From contig OZ037766.1 of assembly GCA_964035545.1 (NCBI GenBank), positions 7,492,722 to 7,556,721 of the forward strand: a stretch of DNA of 64,000 nt, in the 5' to 3' direction. This DNA comes from Bugula neritina (taxonomy: Eukaryota; Animalia; Bryozoa). Positions 1-14,700 of the stretch are shown here, piece after piece. The notes under the pieces were generated by a model. It made no database searches and had not been told where the DNA came from. It saw nothing but the letters and a program-made list of their open reading frames with translations. The translations under genes and the position numbers were made by a program. Position 1 is the stretch's first letter. Each line of letters begins with the position of its first letter.

Positions 1-2751
1 TCAAGCTTGCAATGGTTGTCAGGGAGGAATTAAACATGAATAAATCAAACTTTAGCAGTAAAATATTATCCTTTGATCAGCAGTGCTTATATAATCCTGG
101 TTACTTAGATTATAAAATGCTTTGTGTCTGTAGAAACTAATTGAATCGGCTTAGTATGTTTCATAATAGCATGTTTAGGAGAAGGCCTCTTCCCATGCAC
201 TTCACAACTTCTGCTATTTAATTCCATAGTTGTGGCCCAGCACTTGGTACTTGGTAAGAGTAGTTTATACTGGAAAGAAAAGCAGCTACAGCTAGTAGCA
301 ACTTAACTAGTTAGCAGTCATTACATAATGCTTACATCAACTATAATTTAATAAAATAAATCACCAAGAGTTGCTTATGTAACCTAATAATTAGGCCAAA
401 GCAGTAAACTATCCATGAAATAACAAAAGCCGGTTGGGTTTGCTAATCTGTATCCCTGCCATGACTTTGTGGTGTTGAAATGGGTGGTTGGAATTATTTT
501 GCGATGAAGCTATGCTTCATTAATTTACAGGAGACTAGACTGTATAATTAGCTCATGCTGTGAAAATCTACTCACTACTACAGATAGCATAGTTGTTGTA
601 TTTCAGACGTAAACAATAGTGATGCCTAAAAGTAATAGCAGGTACAACTAAGCGCAACGTCCTTGATTTCATACACATGAAAACGAGGGTACAAATTGGT
701 ATTGTTTATTCTTTATACAAACACTTATTTATCTGCTTTGAAAATACAGTTAGCAATCCTATCTATGAATGGAATTACTAGATAAACACATTGCTGGCAG
801 AGCATTCTCTAATTTTGCAACTTTTCAGCCAAAGTAAAAATGCAAACAATCTTGTTGGTTTAAGATGACCGATAGTTGAAAGAAAGTTAAAAGTAATCAT
901 TAAATTAGGTACACTTGTAGTGTGTGAAAAGGCATTCTAATTATGGCAGGAGTACCGCAATGCAACTGTTTCTCTACTAAATCAGTCAATAAAAGCAAGC
1001 AATGTCTCATTTACATGAGTATTAAAAGTAGCAAGCATAAAATGAAAACTTAGGATAAATAGATAGCCGGTAGCCTAAGTTGTAAGCTACTACCCTAATA
1101 GTATGGAATAAATCATTAGAATAATGTATTAGAAGAATGTATATTTTACAGTTACAAAAGGCCATGATTGATGGATAACTAGCATATTTCACCATCTACT
1201 GTCATTTGTAGCGAAGCCAAAGACCTTTAAATTACAGCAACAATGAGTATTGCACCACACGATGAAATATGTGGTGTACAAGTTATATGTGTCTAAAGTA
1301 TTGGAATTGTGATATTGATTCAATAGGATATAGTGGGAAACATGCTGTGTACAACTAAGAAAGGGCGGCTTTAAATTATGAGGCAATAAGGGGTTGCAGC
1401 TAGATTTATATTTAGTCTAGACAGCTAGAGAAGCCCAATTGAACAGATTTTATTGACTTTTTGTGATTTGTGGGAAAAGCTTATTGTACTTCTTTACAAT
1501 GATCAACCAGGACTCTTTTAACTGTATTTTGTTGAAAATTTGTTAACAAAACAAGCCTGATAGAAATGGTAGATAGATTCATCAGATGATATCAATTATA
1601 CTGGATTACCTCTATTGAAAATGTAGAGCAGATTTGTGAGTGCTACTGCAGTGCCATTATCCTTCAATCGCCCACATGCTTGTTTGGTTACTACTATTAC
1701 TACTACATTACTACTGCCACTACAGCAACTGCAGTCTGCCCTACACTTCCGCCAATACTTCATTCAGGAAAACGCCTAAACTATTTAGCAGATATATAAA
1801 CTCAGTATTCAACATGATTGCAGTTTGACATGAGGATATACTATTATACTTCGTCCCTCAAATGTATTGAGAATTGTCTGTTACTGCTATTACCAACGAC
1901 ATCTGAGATATACAAGATATTAATGTGAATTTAATGACTTTTTTATGGTATTTGAGAGATAAAAAGTTAACTGAGTTCAGACAATGCAGTGTGTAAGCTG
2001 CAAGTTCCCTATTTTTATAGTACATCCCCATAGTGCACCAGTCCCTATGGAGTTGTGTATTTCAGGTGGCGGGACAAGAGATTAAAGGGCAAAAACAAAT
2101 TAGTCAAGAAATTTAAAGAGTTGTTGCAACATAAGAATCTTTATAGTACACTGCAGCCAAACTAAAAGTTTTACAACAAAACTTACTGCTACAAGGAGAG
2201 GATTTCAATCTTCAACAAGAAAGTCCTGCTTTCAGATACAAAATAAAATCAATCCTTTCAATCATTTAATTTTATTTCCATATAATATTTTCAATGCTTA
2301 ACTTTTGCAGCCTTGCAAAAGTTAAGATCCTGCTAATAAAAATTTGAATTTCTTAGAAAACTTTACCTTTTCCTGCCTATCTTGTTTAAAAGTAGGGAAA
2401 AACTAGTGTTAGCCAGTAATTGCAGCATAAGTATACATTTGACAAAAAGAATAAAACATATCAAGTGGGTTTTGCAGAAAAAGATACGTTAGATTAAGTT
2501 TCTGTAGCATGGAACAAGAATGAGGCTATAGTCAATGTTAATGTTAAACACCAATATTAATAGCCTTGTGCAACATAATAAGGAAGGAGTCAAAATAATA
2601 ACAAAACCAATAAATTATAGCTCCGTTTTATTGTGCAATGAACGAAACCTACACTAGGAAGAAGCTACGCTCTGTTGTAACAAATAGCGCTTCACCAGCT
2701 GAGCATATCGGAGATAGTGACATTATTGCTATACTAGAATAGTCTTCTTAC

Positions 2752-5700
2752 CTTCCAAAAAATGATGCGGCACTTTTTACACCAACTTAGCATATCCACG
2801 TATAACTCTTTAATACCGTGTCGTCTAAAACAGGACAGCATTATCAACATTGTAACAGCAATAATGTTGTAATACCAATATATCATATCATAGATCTGAA
2901 GAAAAACCTAAATACTTAATAACAATAAAATATTGTGTGTTTTTGGTAAGGAATGTCAGACACAGAGAGCATCCATAGCCATAGCCCTAGTGAAATCTGA
3001 GCCCTCGATCCTGTTTGATTTATAGATGAGGTTACTATGCTATGTTTTGTGGAAGTCAACTAAACAACATCAAGTTATGCAACCTGGAAATTGAGCCCCA
3101 TTCTAATTCTTTGATCTGTCTGTGAAAATGAGTATTGGCAAATACCCACAAAACAAATACTTCATTTGCCACTATCACCCCATTAAAAACCACTTTTTAT
3201 AAAAATGGCTTTATTAAAACTCTAGATATGGGATATTTTCAGTCTATTGTTATTGCTGGTTACTGTTAAGAGGTGACTGGTTCAATGCCTCACGATCCAT
3301 GGAGTGTGGCTGGGATATCTTGACACAGGAGCAGGTGAAGCTATGGGATGACCACAAACTACAAACTAGATACTCTAAGGATTGATGCAAGTAAATTAGA
3401 TCTTCATATAAAACCTCTGTTGATCCCAAAATTGAGTGGCCAGTAAATTATAAATTTGAAGGAGGCCATCTCTATAAATAGCTTACTGTGGGCTAAAACC
3501 TTTTTCTTTGTGGCTAAACATTTCAGCCTTCCATTGCTTAAATATTAAATAATTGCTTTAAATAAAGGCCAACAAAATTCACTGGGAGAGCAATTCAAGT
3601 TTAGCCCTTTTACCTGAATTTGCATAGAGACACTAAGACTGGCTTAAACGCAGCTAAACAAACTTTTAATAAGCAAAAAATACAGTATTATACCGTTCAA
3701 ACCACAAAGTTGTAAATTAGCATAGCAAGAAATAATGTGTTAGAAATAGGCCAAACTTTAGCAAAAACAACATTGTTGACTTTCAAATCGCTCTCTTGTG
3801 TTAATGTCTTGAGAACAACCTGTCAAACATTATTTTATTTGTGGTTTAAGCGTTTCATTTGATTTGCATCTCTTCTAGTGATACTTTACTCATAAATACA
3901 ATACAGTAATTGAAAAACAGTTACGCAACAAAATGTAGAAAAAACAAAATGTGGGTTTTTGGACTAAACCAGTTGAGTGAGATTACACATTCTTACTGTT
4001 ACCTGTGCAGGTAAATTAAACAATATTTCGTGTTGTTGCAGACTGGCTTTGGGAATTTCCATATTTGGGCTTCTTTGAGCTTAAAACAAACTATAACAGC
4101 ATTTTACAACTCAAATAAATAGCATTCAATTTTTCAACTATATGGAGAGCATTAGACTTTAGTATTTAAAAAGTAGAATTGAACTGCTTGTTATAGTCAT
4201 TTACTTGTAACAAATCTGGCAGCCAGACTGATGATGACTGTCAGTCAACAACAAACAAAGCAGCAATTATTAAATAGGTAGCATGAGTAACAATACAAGT
4301 AGTCACTGTTGGATGCTGCCACAGGTATTTATGCTGCTGAGTACTATTAATGAAGGTAACTCGGCCATACTTGTGGCTACTGACACTACTCCCAGCTTTG
4401 CTAATACTTCCTGACACTTGTGTGCAGATCACAAGTTTTTTAGTGTTTCATCAACTCTAAAACCACCAGATAAATTGACCAGCCAGCCACTGACAGCAGC
4501 TGCCACCATAATATCGTGTACAACTTGCATAAACACTACACAGATGTCATGGTCAGAAAGCCCCGCCCAGGTACCCCAGAGCAGACAGCAAAACAGAGCA
4601 AGTGAAGGTTATTAAAACATGCCAGTAGCTGAAGTTGTCATTTAATTATCTTTACCAAGTTTCAAGTCAATCTGACCCATTAACTGTAGTCATAACTTAC
4701 TTGAGTATTTCATATTACTTGAGCTACATTATGTTACTTGAGCACTTTATGTTACTTGAGTACTTCATATTACTTGAGTACTTTATATTACTTGAGCACT
4801 CTATATTACTTGAGCACTCTATATTACTTGAGTACTTTAAATTTCTTGACTTTTTTTGAAAGTTTTAATATATTTGCTGCCACTGTATTTACTATTTGGA
4901 AAACTTTAACCTCCATAAAAAAATTTTATTCATCCAAAACTTTTGCAAACAATTCCAGTTGAGTAATAATCTGTAAAAACTATATTAAAGAGCCATAAAG
5001 TACTGAATAAGATGATTAGACAGGTGTATAACCAACAGAGCTGTAGGCCTACATATAGGTGTGCTTATAGCCTTATACATAGGTGTGCTTATACATCGAT
5101 GTGCTTATGCATAAGTGTGCTTATACATAGGCGTGCTTATACATAGGTGTGCTTATACATAGGTGTGCTTATACATAGGTGTGCTTATACATAGGTGTGC
5201 TTATGCATAGGTGTGCTTATACATAGGTGTGCTTATGCATAGGTGTGCTTATATACAGGTGTGCTTATACATAGGTGTGCTTATACATAAGTGTTTTTAT
5301 AGCCTTATACATAGGTGTGCTTGTGCGTATACTCATGCATAGGCGTATTTATGCAGTCGTGTGCTTATACATGTAAAGACTTGAGCATATAGGCATATTA
5401 TAAATATGTGTGCTTATACATATATAGATGTATGGACTATGGAATAAGTCAGGCCTACCTATATGTGATTGATAATCTAGCTGCAGCTGTTATAATGGTA
5501 GCAAACTGAGTTTAATATTTGGAACTGTTTTTATTAGAAACCAAAATCTGTAGCCAAATGTGGCCTAAAAAGATGGAATTTGGCAAATTCCAGATAAATT
5601 ATGATTTAGAGGATCTCTAACTTCCAGAGAGTAGAAAGAGCTGTGTTCAAATAACTTGTTCTAAATATAGCAATATTTCCAAATTTTTCAAGGTCAGCTG

Positions 5701-8700
5701 AAATAAATACTCTCTTGAGTGAATATAAAGTTTATTTGCAGGTAACTTTCTTTTTAAAGACTATACTGTAAGGCGTAAGCTGTTGAAGTTGATGTTTGGA
5801 CATCATACATCATTTCAAGGAAGGGTAGTGAATCTTCATACTAAAATACTACATACAAAAGCACTACATTTAGAACAGGATTCATCTTGTCCAATAACAG
5901 GTTTCAGTATTCAGTAAGATGTTTGTAAGATAAATCCAATAAAAGTAAATTAATGAGAATAACACCACCATAAGCACTCTTAAGCTATTGGGAATTACAA
6001 ACCACACAAACCAGAACTCTGAAACTACATACAAGTTGTAAAATACACAGGTGTTGAAAAGTAAATGCATGTTCAAAAGTAAACACATGTGTTAAAATGT
6101 AAATATATGTTAAAAGTAAATACAGGTTAATTTGCTAATGAAATAATTCATTAACTGAATTTTCTGCCCTTTTGCCAAGTTTTTTGAAACTATTTAATAA
6201 GATCTTTCAAAAATAAACAGGGCTTTTAAGTCACTGATAATGGTGGCGGTATTTGACAAAATATCTTGTTTACACCACACACTACTCAGCCCCTTATTTA
6301 TTTAATTTAAAACAGGACCAGATTTTATTCTTAAAAAAATTCAAAATTTTGTAAGCGACATAAATAATTGCAAAAATATTCAAAATTCCTTCATTTAAAT
6401 AATTGGTACCAGCCCTGAATTCGCCAATTCCAGTGTTTTAGAATTACAATCAGACAGCTCTTAAGGATTTTTTATACCACAATGAATGTACTTTAATGGC
6501 AAAAGTTAAAAAAATTTCAGCAGCACCTATAATGAACTGCTAAAATTAGATATTTCATAAAAATTGTAAGGAATGTATACTGGAAATCAGTTATAAGCAT
6601 ATTTCAGTGTCTAACTAGTAATTATAGCAAGTTGTCAATATAGTGACAATCCCTAGCCTTGGAGCCTACACTAACACAAAAATGCTAACTTTAGATGATA
6701 TCAAACCAAGGTGGGGAGAAGAGTGGTTGTAAGAAGAGCATCCTAGGTCTAATCATATGTTGGCAGTTGAAGTAGTCAATACAGACACATTTACACAAAG
6801 CAACATAATTATAAATGAAATGTAATTTACAAAATACCTGTAAAGATTAGCATATATCTTATACCAGTTGACATTGTTCTGTCTGTATGTCTCTTTGCGA
6901 CATCGGTAAATCTGCTGTGGAGTGAAGTGACACAAACACAGCTCCCGCCATAAACTATCATCTTGTATAAGAAGGTCCATAACATTAGGACAAGCTTTAC
7001 CTGCAACATATGAACACCAAAATACTGCATAAACCACGGATAAACTGCGGATAGTTCTATACAGACAAATTGTTTTCCCTGGGAAAGCTGAGAGGTTACA
7101 GAATACATGTTCTACAAAGCTGAAGCTTTCATCAGCTATTGCATTATGGGAAGTATATAGTCTGTCTACACTTTTATATTTCTATGAAATTATGTTGCTT
7201 CAGTTCATTACCACCTGTTCTAGCGAAAGCAATATATATGCATTTTTGAAAGTATAATAATGCCTATAAGCATAGCAGAGTGTACTATATAATAGGTTTA
7301 TAGGAGGTGCAAGAAATAAGTACTGCCCATGAAAAAGTGCATTGTATGACAAGAGTACTGCAGCGTGGTATTAACAAAATGCTACTCTGTATTTATTGGA
7401 TGTTCAAGGTTCAAGTTTACAAAATCTGAGTTAAAAACCACATCTAAACCACTGTTGGGCATAGGTTTCAGCAGCTGCGCGGCATAGAAACCTAAAAGTT
7501 CAAACAGACCTAAGAGAACCTGGAGCCAGTATCTGTAGCACATCTGTAGCTAACCATGTAGTGTGCAGGTCCTGTTAGACACAAACTTGATTATCAATCA
7601 GAAATCAATTATTTCATAACCTCCCTATTAGGATGTTATTTGGTGCAGTTTGGTAGAATGATTGAACTGTTCCATTGAGCCAATAAACTGGTTGAATAAC
7701 ACACAATGAGAGTAAATATAATCAGTGCAGGAAACCTGTGGAGTTCCTGGCAATCCACCTACTGCATTGGTTAGAAATAGCTGAGTATGGAGCAGCAACT
7801 GCAACCAATGAATTATAATAGAGTTATATTTCAATGACTGCAACCAGATACCAGTGAGAAAATTGAAACAAATAGGAGAGGAAGTGGGTGCAGCAATGGA
7901 GAAAAGCCTGTGTTCTAGATTAGAAATGTAACAAAAGGATTTCAAACCAGAATTTATTAAAAAATTGAAACTTTAGGCTATTAAAATTTATCCACTACTA
8001 CACCTGAATGCATGAGAGGTAGAACACAAATGATACAGTGTTGAGATTGGAGGTAAAGTGAAAATTTAACTCCCGATAATTCTATCATTTTTGTTTAAAA
8101 AATGCAGCAGTTGGAATAGAAAGAGAGAATTAAAAGTTCCCATCTGGTATAGGGTGAGGATGCATCAACTGAGCGAAAGTGCATTGTCAACCAGCATGGG
8201 GCTGATTGACGTGAGGGTTAATAGCAACACATTTCAATAGTAAAAAACTTTAACACATGTAACTGTTGAATCAAAATACACCTTGTCAAGGAATGCAAAA
8301 GTATGCAGTAGGTATATTTCCTACAGTTGCATGACTAGACAATTATTTGATATTTGGTAAGAATATTAATCAACACTTAGTCTGGAGCCTTGTAACCAAG
8401 ATGGAAGAAGAAAGTCGGGATGAGCTCTTTGGCCACTCGAGACACGAACCGAGGATGAATTAATTTACTGCATACAGGACAAGCGGAGGAGATGGCGAAA
8501 CCACATGTTGATTGCAGACTTGCAGTCTGTAGTGGGAGTGAACCAGACTTTGTGTTGAAAGAGGCAGTTATCCATAATTAATAGGATCTTTACATAATAG
8601 TATGAGATAGTCTGACTTCCAGAGATTTGCTGGATGATGAATTAGACTGATCTCCAACCACAGTAAACTATAAACAAGAACTTACATGAAGTCAAGAGGT

Positions 8701-11700
8701 GAATGAAAGGATTGAGTGTATTAACATGGTGCAACTCTGAAAGCAATTTGTCTTAATAAACTGTTGAAACTGTAGCATTCCTATTCAAAGGTGCTTGTTA
8801 TTATGAGAGGGGGTATAGCTGACATTGCATAGGTCATAATATTTACTCCTTGTTTGCAGAGGCAGAGGACCAAGTGGTGTAGCTGAAGCTTCAGGTTGAG
8901 TGGAGTTTCAGCTTAGTTGTGATACATTTCTAAGCCATAATAAAGTTGTCAATACATCGCTTGCCCACTACCCCCCCTCCTCTAGTCACCAACTTAGTCT
9001 AGAAGGAGCTTCAAATTCAGCAGTTTACGGAGCTGAAGGTCATAATTCTGTTCCAGGATAGCCCCTACCTGCAGCACATGCCCCTAGACTCAAATGGCCA
9101 TTTGTTTTTACATCAACAGTAAACAACTCAAGACACAAAGTCATCTAAGATGGTCACACAGTAAATGTGTTAAGGTAACGGAAATGATAGAACCTGCGTT
9201 GAGAATATCTTCCTGTGTGCAAAGGTGGAGCACAACATGTCTGATGATGTCATACGGCAGCTCCGTGATCTTCAACCCTCCATCATCTTGTCTCTACAAA
9301 ACCCAACTGATCAGTGAAAATTATTTCATAAACTTGTCTAGTAACTAGTTTATGAAAACATGTGTAGGGTTCATCATATAGTTGTAGGCATTGAAATATA
9401 TTTCCCATGGAACGGCATAGGTCATTTTTAGACCTTCTAAGAGTTTTAATTCAGTGGTTGTTATCTAACAACTCAAAGGTGCTGTTCAAATTTAGTCAGT
9501 GCTAAGCGATTTAGGTTATAATAATATATAACTAAACACAGAGGCAATCACTTAAGATTCTCTGTCACGAATACAAACCACAAACAAAAAAGGCCAAGAG
9601 GGTACAAGATAATATAATGCTGTATTACAAACAAAGAAACAGACTGTATGAACTACCAGCACTTTATAACGCAGATGTATTTGTGAATAACACTGTCCAA
9701 GTTGAATATTTGAAGTTTGAACTGAATCACTGCGAAGTGCCATCAATCTGGCAGACATAATAAATGAACTGCCAAACAAGCACTGAACAACACCAAATAA
9801 TTGATTAAATTAAAATCTTTAAGTAACTTTCTTTATTTGGAATCGACTTTTGTGAGTAAGAAATAATTTTATAGAATTTTTCTAAGCTATGCAGGACTTC
9901 ATTTGCTATAGCCCCTGGCAAGGCTGTACTACAATCACTATTGAACTTGGCTATAACACTTGGGTGCCCATCTAATAGCACACTTTTATTTACCATTTTG
10001 CTGCTGGAGCTAAGAATAATGTTTGCAAAACAAAATTAATCCAAGTTGAAAGCGTAGTCATTTAGGAATTTGTGAAATTAGTAGGTAATATGAGATCTAA
10101 TTACTAAATCATCACCTTAAGTATGGGGCCAGGTAATTATTAGTTTACTATAATGTGTAGCAGAGTAGAGTGAAAGAGTTTAAAAACACTTTGAAATACC
10201 ACAAAAGCTAGAATTACCCATAGAAATGATATTAGTTTTAATGTGGTTTATAGCACATTTTTCTAGTTAGTGACTATCACTACTCAGCAGGCATGACTTA
10301 AATCGCTATAAACTATGATTGTAAATAAACTTGAATAAAAATGAATTTACTGAAAGACTAAATAACTGGTATATCTATAATCAGCATTTTCCTGGAATCC
10401 GCACTATTGTCAACACAGAGAGCTATGTCTGCTGCTGAAATATCTAACTCCACAATTAGTATTTTAAACTAATTATTTTAAACTAGCCTAATTTTACTAG
10501 CCAACACTCAATTATTATACAAACTGTCTATCTCTGCCAAGTATGAGCTACTTTCTGTTAGCTTAGGTTTTAATACTGATTTAGAGGGTTTCAAAGAGGC
10601 AAATCCCGTCCGAAGAAATAACTGCAGGTTTGCATATATCCCAGCAAGGAAAAGTGATTAGATATTTTAACAACTATCTAAAAAGAATTACTTTATTGCT
10701 ATGACTGGATGGAAATCATATCTTGTTTGTCTTGTTGCCCATTAGGTAGTCACTAAAATGTAAAGTTCGCCCTCACAGGGAATCAAACGCAGACCTCCAG
10801 CTTGAAAGCTAAACATTACACTGTGGGGGCTACTGGGGAATCACAACACCACACCTAAGAGCAGAATAAACTGTGGTACTCAGTCTAGAGACTGGCCAGC
10901 TGCTCAGCCTGAGTATGCAACAGGAGACTGCCACAGTAAGTGATGACCTTGTCCAATACCATTGCAACAGAAACCACACATCACCATTCATCAAATGTCA
11001 GGCGGTAGTTAACACTGCTGGCATTCCATTCAAGTGTTTATGATGTGTTACCAATCACTTCCTTCGGAGAAGTCAATTACATTTTTATAATTATTGCATA
11101 TTGCTAGTTGGAGCAATTCCTGGCAGGTCATGTAGTTGAGTTAACCATTATAATTATAGCACTAAGTTTTTCTACCGTAAGGCATAACTTGAATAGCTTA
11201 TTTCTATCTCTCTCATGCTGAACAGACTAAATTACATGGTCACAGACTAAAGTAATAACATCTAATGGTTTTGTGATCACAGAAAGGAGAAAGACTCCCC
11301 AGGCCTACGGCAAAGAAAGTTCTTAGTACCATTTGGGGACAGCAAATGTAAAAACACGACTGCGACTGCAATGGTACAGTAGCTACTGCAAGATATTTCT
11401 AGCAATATTTCTAAAAATGTTTTAATTATCATTTTTGCAGTATTAAACTCAAGAATATGGACACCTGTGTGGAGAAATGATAGGATATTAACAAATGCAC
11501 AACTCCGAGCATTTTATGAGCAGACAAAGTGACCACCACCTAGATAAGTATGACTACACAGACAAGTATTATCAGCAGTTGTAGAGGTAGTAGTAGAGAT
11601 GCTCAGATAAAGTGAATAGTGTCGGTCAGCAATGTCACGCTGTCCTGGCGTGTAAGATAGCTGCAGCCGGTCTAGTACATTCTTGTTATTGAGTAAAACG

Positions 11701-14700
11701 TATAATCATGGGGAAGATGACATATGGGGAGCTTACTACAAATAGATTAGAAGAACCGTAATGGCTTCCTTATCTTAGCGGAGCTACTACTTGTCAACAA
11801 GCTGCCCATTCATTAAATTACTTGACATTCTAAATATATTATATTGCTGATAGCTTACAGTCTAGCTGTCTGTTGTCTGGTCTACTTACTAGTCGTGAAG
11901 GTAGTGAGTAACACTCTGTAAATTCATCCATGCTGTGAACAAAGCTGACCTTTTGATTTATATTTATATATAGGTCTATATATTGGCAACTCCCCACTGT
12001 TAAAATTGTCAAAATTCCTGCAGTGCTTAAGCAATAATCATATAAATTATAATGCAACTACTGGTGACAAGTTGACAAACGAGAGTTTTCCTCTCTTGAA
12101 TTGTTAATCGTCTTGCCTAAAAAATTTGTTGCTAGAAGTACAAGAATGACAAATAACTTATTTTAAGACAAATACTACAACCAGTCTATACTATTCTACA
12201 GTTTATAAACTGTTAAGTCAACTAACATAAAGGTTAGCAGTACTTTTTATTACTTCCGGTGAACGCAATTGGTTTTTAAGCAAATCCACTTAGTTACGGG
12301 AGAAAATGGCAGACCACATTAGTATGCAAGTTGGCAGCAGCAGCAGGTGTAATACAGCGCGTTGAATAAACTACTGCAGTGGGCATTAGGCTAAGTTAAC
12401 TAAGTCAACATGAGTCACTCAAATTAGTGATTAGCAACTGCCACTAAGCAAAGCAACAGTATTTCACAATAGGTAGCTTGCAGCCCGCCTGGCGTTAAAG
12501 TGAGCTTCTAACTAGCAAGCAACTTGACTGCGGTCCTATTAAGTATTTCAGCTTTTCAATAACGTGCATGAATCTTAAACCACAAAATTCCCTTAAATGT
12601 AAGCTCTTAGTCTAGCATGAGAAATCCTATATATGAGATTGATACAGGCAGGGGACGGCAAACCACACCCTTAGAATTGCACAGGAAACTTTTCGAACTT
12701 AATTTAGGAGTAGCAAGATATTCTCACAATGAACCCACTTATATAACTGTATGAATTGAGCTGTTTTTCCATAGGCAGTGGCGGTATTTTCAAGATAAGA
12801 TGCCACTTTCAAGTGGAGCTGTGGTGAAATATTTGTTTAACATGTTGATACACCAAATAAACAAACAGGTTTTATCTGCTGATATTTTGAGGATGATACT
12901 AACCTCATATAACAAAATCTCTAAGAAGCTAATTTTGAGATAAATATGCAAAAGCAGAAGGTAGATAACCTGAATGTAAGAATGGTGTAGATACAGAGAA
13001 TAGGTACATGTATTGGTGCAAGCCTCAAGTGCATCAAGGTGGAGGAATATTTCAAGTGCACAGTATAAGAGATGTATAATATAGATATATGTTGGAATGT
13101 GATAGGCAAGCAGATAATCGTACCAAACTGCTAGTATATGAAAATAAGAGGCTTTTTATTTGGCCTGAATATTTCCTCAATGAAGATTGAAACTATTGAG
13201 TAAGGTAGAAAGCATGACAAGAATGTAGAGTCAAGAGATTAATACTCAGTTAATACTGTAACTGGACTAGCCGGCAGATAATTCCCAGATTGATTTGATT
13301 ACGTATAGCAGTTCTAGACAAACACTACATTTGAGTGCACAAATCTACAAATGCAAATTCAGAGTTGATAGAATATCAATAGTAGACATAAACTTAGTGA
13401 CTGTAAATGTTAATCAAATCTACATTACTTACTTATAATAACTGTTTATCGATGTTGCCACGGTGATTATTACTGTTATAGCAGCTCGTAATATGAACAC
13501 ATCATACACAATTAATAGGCATACACATGTGAGTAATACTAGCAAGAGAGTAAGAAATGATTACTGAGTGAAAAACAACATCAAATGCACAGCAACCATC
13601 ATTTTTTAGTCTTTACTTTCAATCGGAAGTGCTCTGTTTTGCAGCAAGACAACTTATAGCCTCATGTATAAATGAATATTACATATGAGAGTGATAAAGG
13701 CTAAATCATCCTAAAGAGAGCATTACAGATGAAATGTCAGGGAAGATAACTTTTTCTGCTGAAAAATTAGAGAATATCACCATTACTATAGTGTATATAG
13801 CTGGTTTATTCACAACCTTCATTCTAGTAGCTAAACCAAAACATAATCCAGCATTCACACTGAGAAGTGCCCCAGTCTGAAACTAGCTAGTGTTTGCAGC
13901 TGTTACTCAACTATGTACATATATACAAAAACTATCTTGTTGGGCCGCCTGATTTTAATCCATAATAATTCTATGGCTTATTATCAATTTTGACACAGTT
14001 ATTTGCTAAAATAACATCATTTTGGTAAAATCCTTCACAATACAACTACAATACAACACAACAACTGCCCGAACTAGCAGTTTGAAACATAAACCTTCAA
14101 GGAGAGGACAATTTCAAGATCTGACACTACAGATAACCGCAGGCAGTTGAAGAACCTAACTGAACCAGAAGAAGTTATTTACCATAACCCAATTCAATCT
14201 TAGAGATCTATTGTATGATGTTCTCAATCCTAAAGATCTCAATAACTGTTGAATACGCACGACATTTATATACCAAACATTTAACCAATACCAAGTTTAA
14301 CCATTAGAAAAGTATTACAATAATACCAAGAGGGGAACTTTCCAATATAATAAGTATTACACGAACCTAAGAGTGGTAAGTAAACGTATCACATTTAATT
14401 TTATTTACAACTTACAACTGGAATCTTGATGTTTCTTGCCCTCTCCAACATCATCATTACATCATCGTAGTGTTTACTCCACTGGAAGTCACCTCCCCGA
14501 TGCTGATACTGGTAACATTTCAGTCTGGTTAGAAGCCGCTCCAGCAGGTGTACCAGCTGCTTTACATTTCTTTGTTTTTGTGAAGCTAATAATGGAACTA
14601 GTAGTAACAGTACAAAATCAAACATAATAAGGAGTTGTGCAATTATATCAATGTAAATAAAGAGAACATAAATCCGAAATAACTGACATCCAAATAGTTA

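Noticed and set aside
3284-3360. Minus-strand GHP-containing frame resembling the missing last FBXO exon
   Set aside because: It lies upstream of the FWK exon in transcript order, has an incompatible phase, and reads GHPI rather than GHPC.
8377-8628. GC-richer open frames in an FBXO intron behind a plausible acceptor
   Set aside because: All three frames hit stops soon after the acceptor, and there is no recognisable homology.
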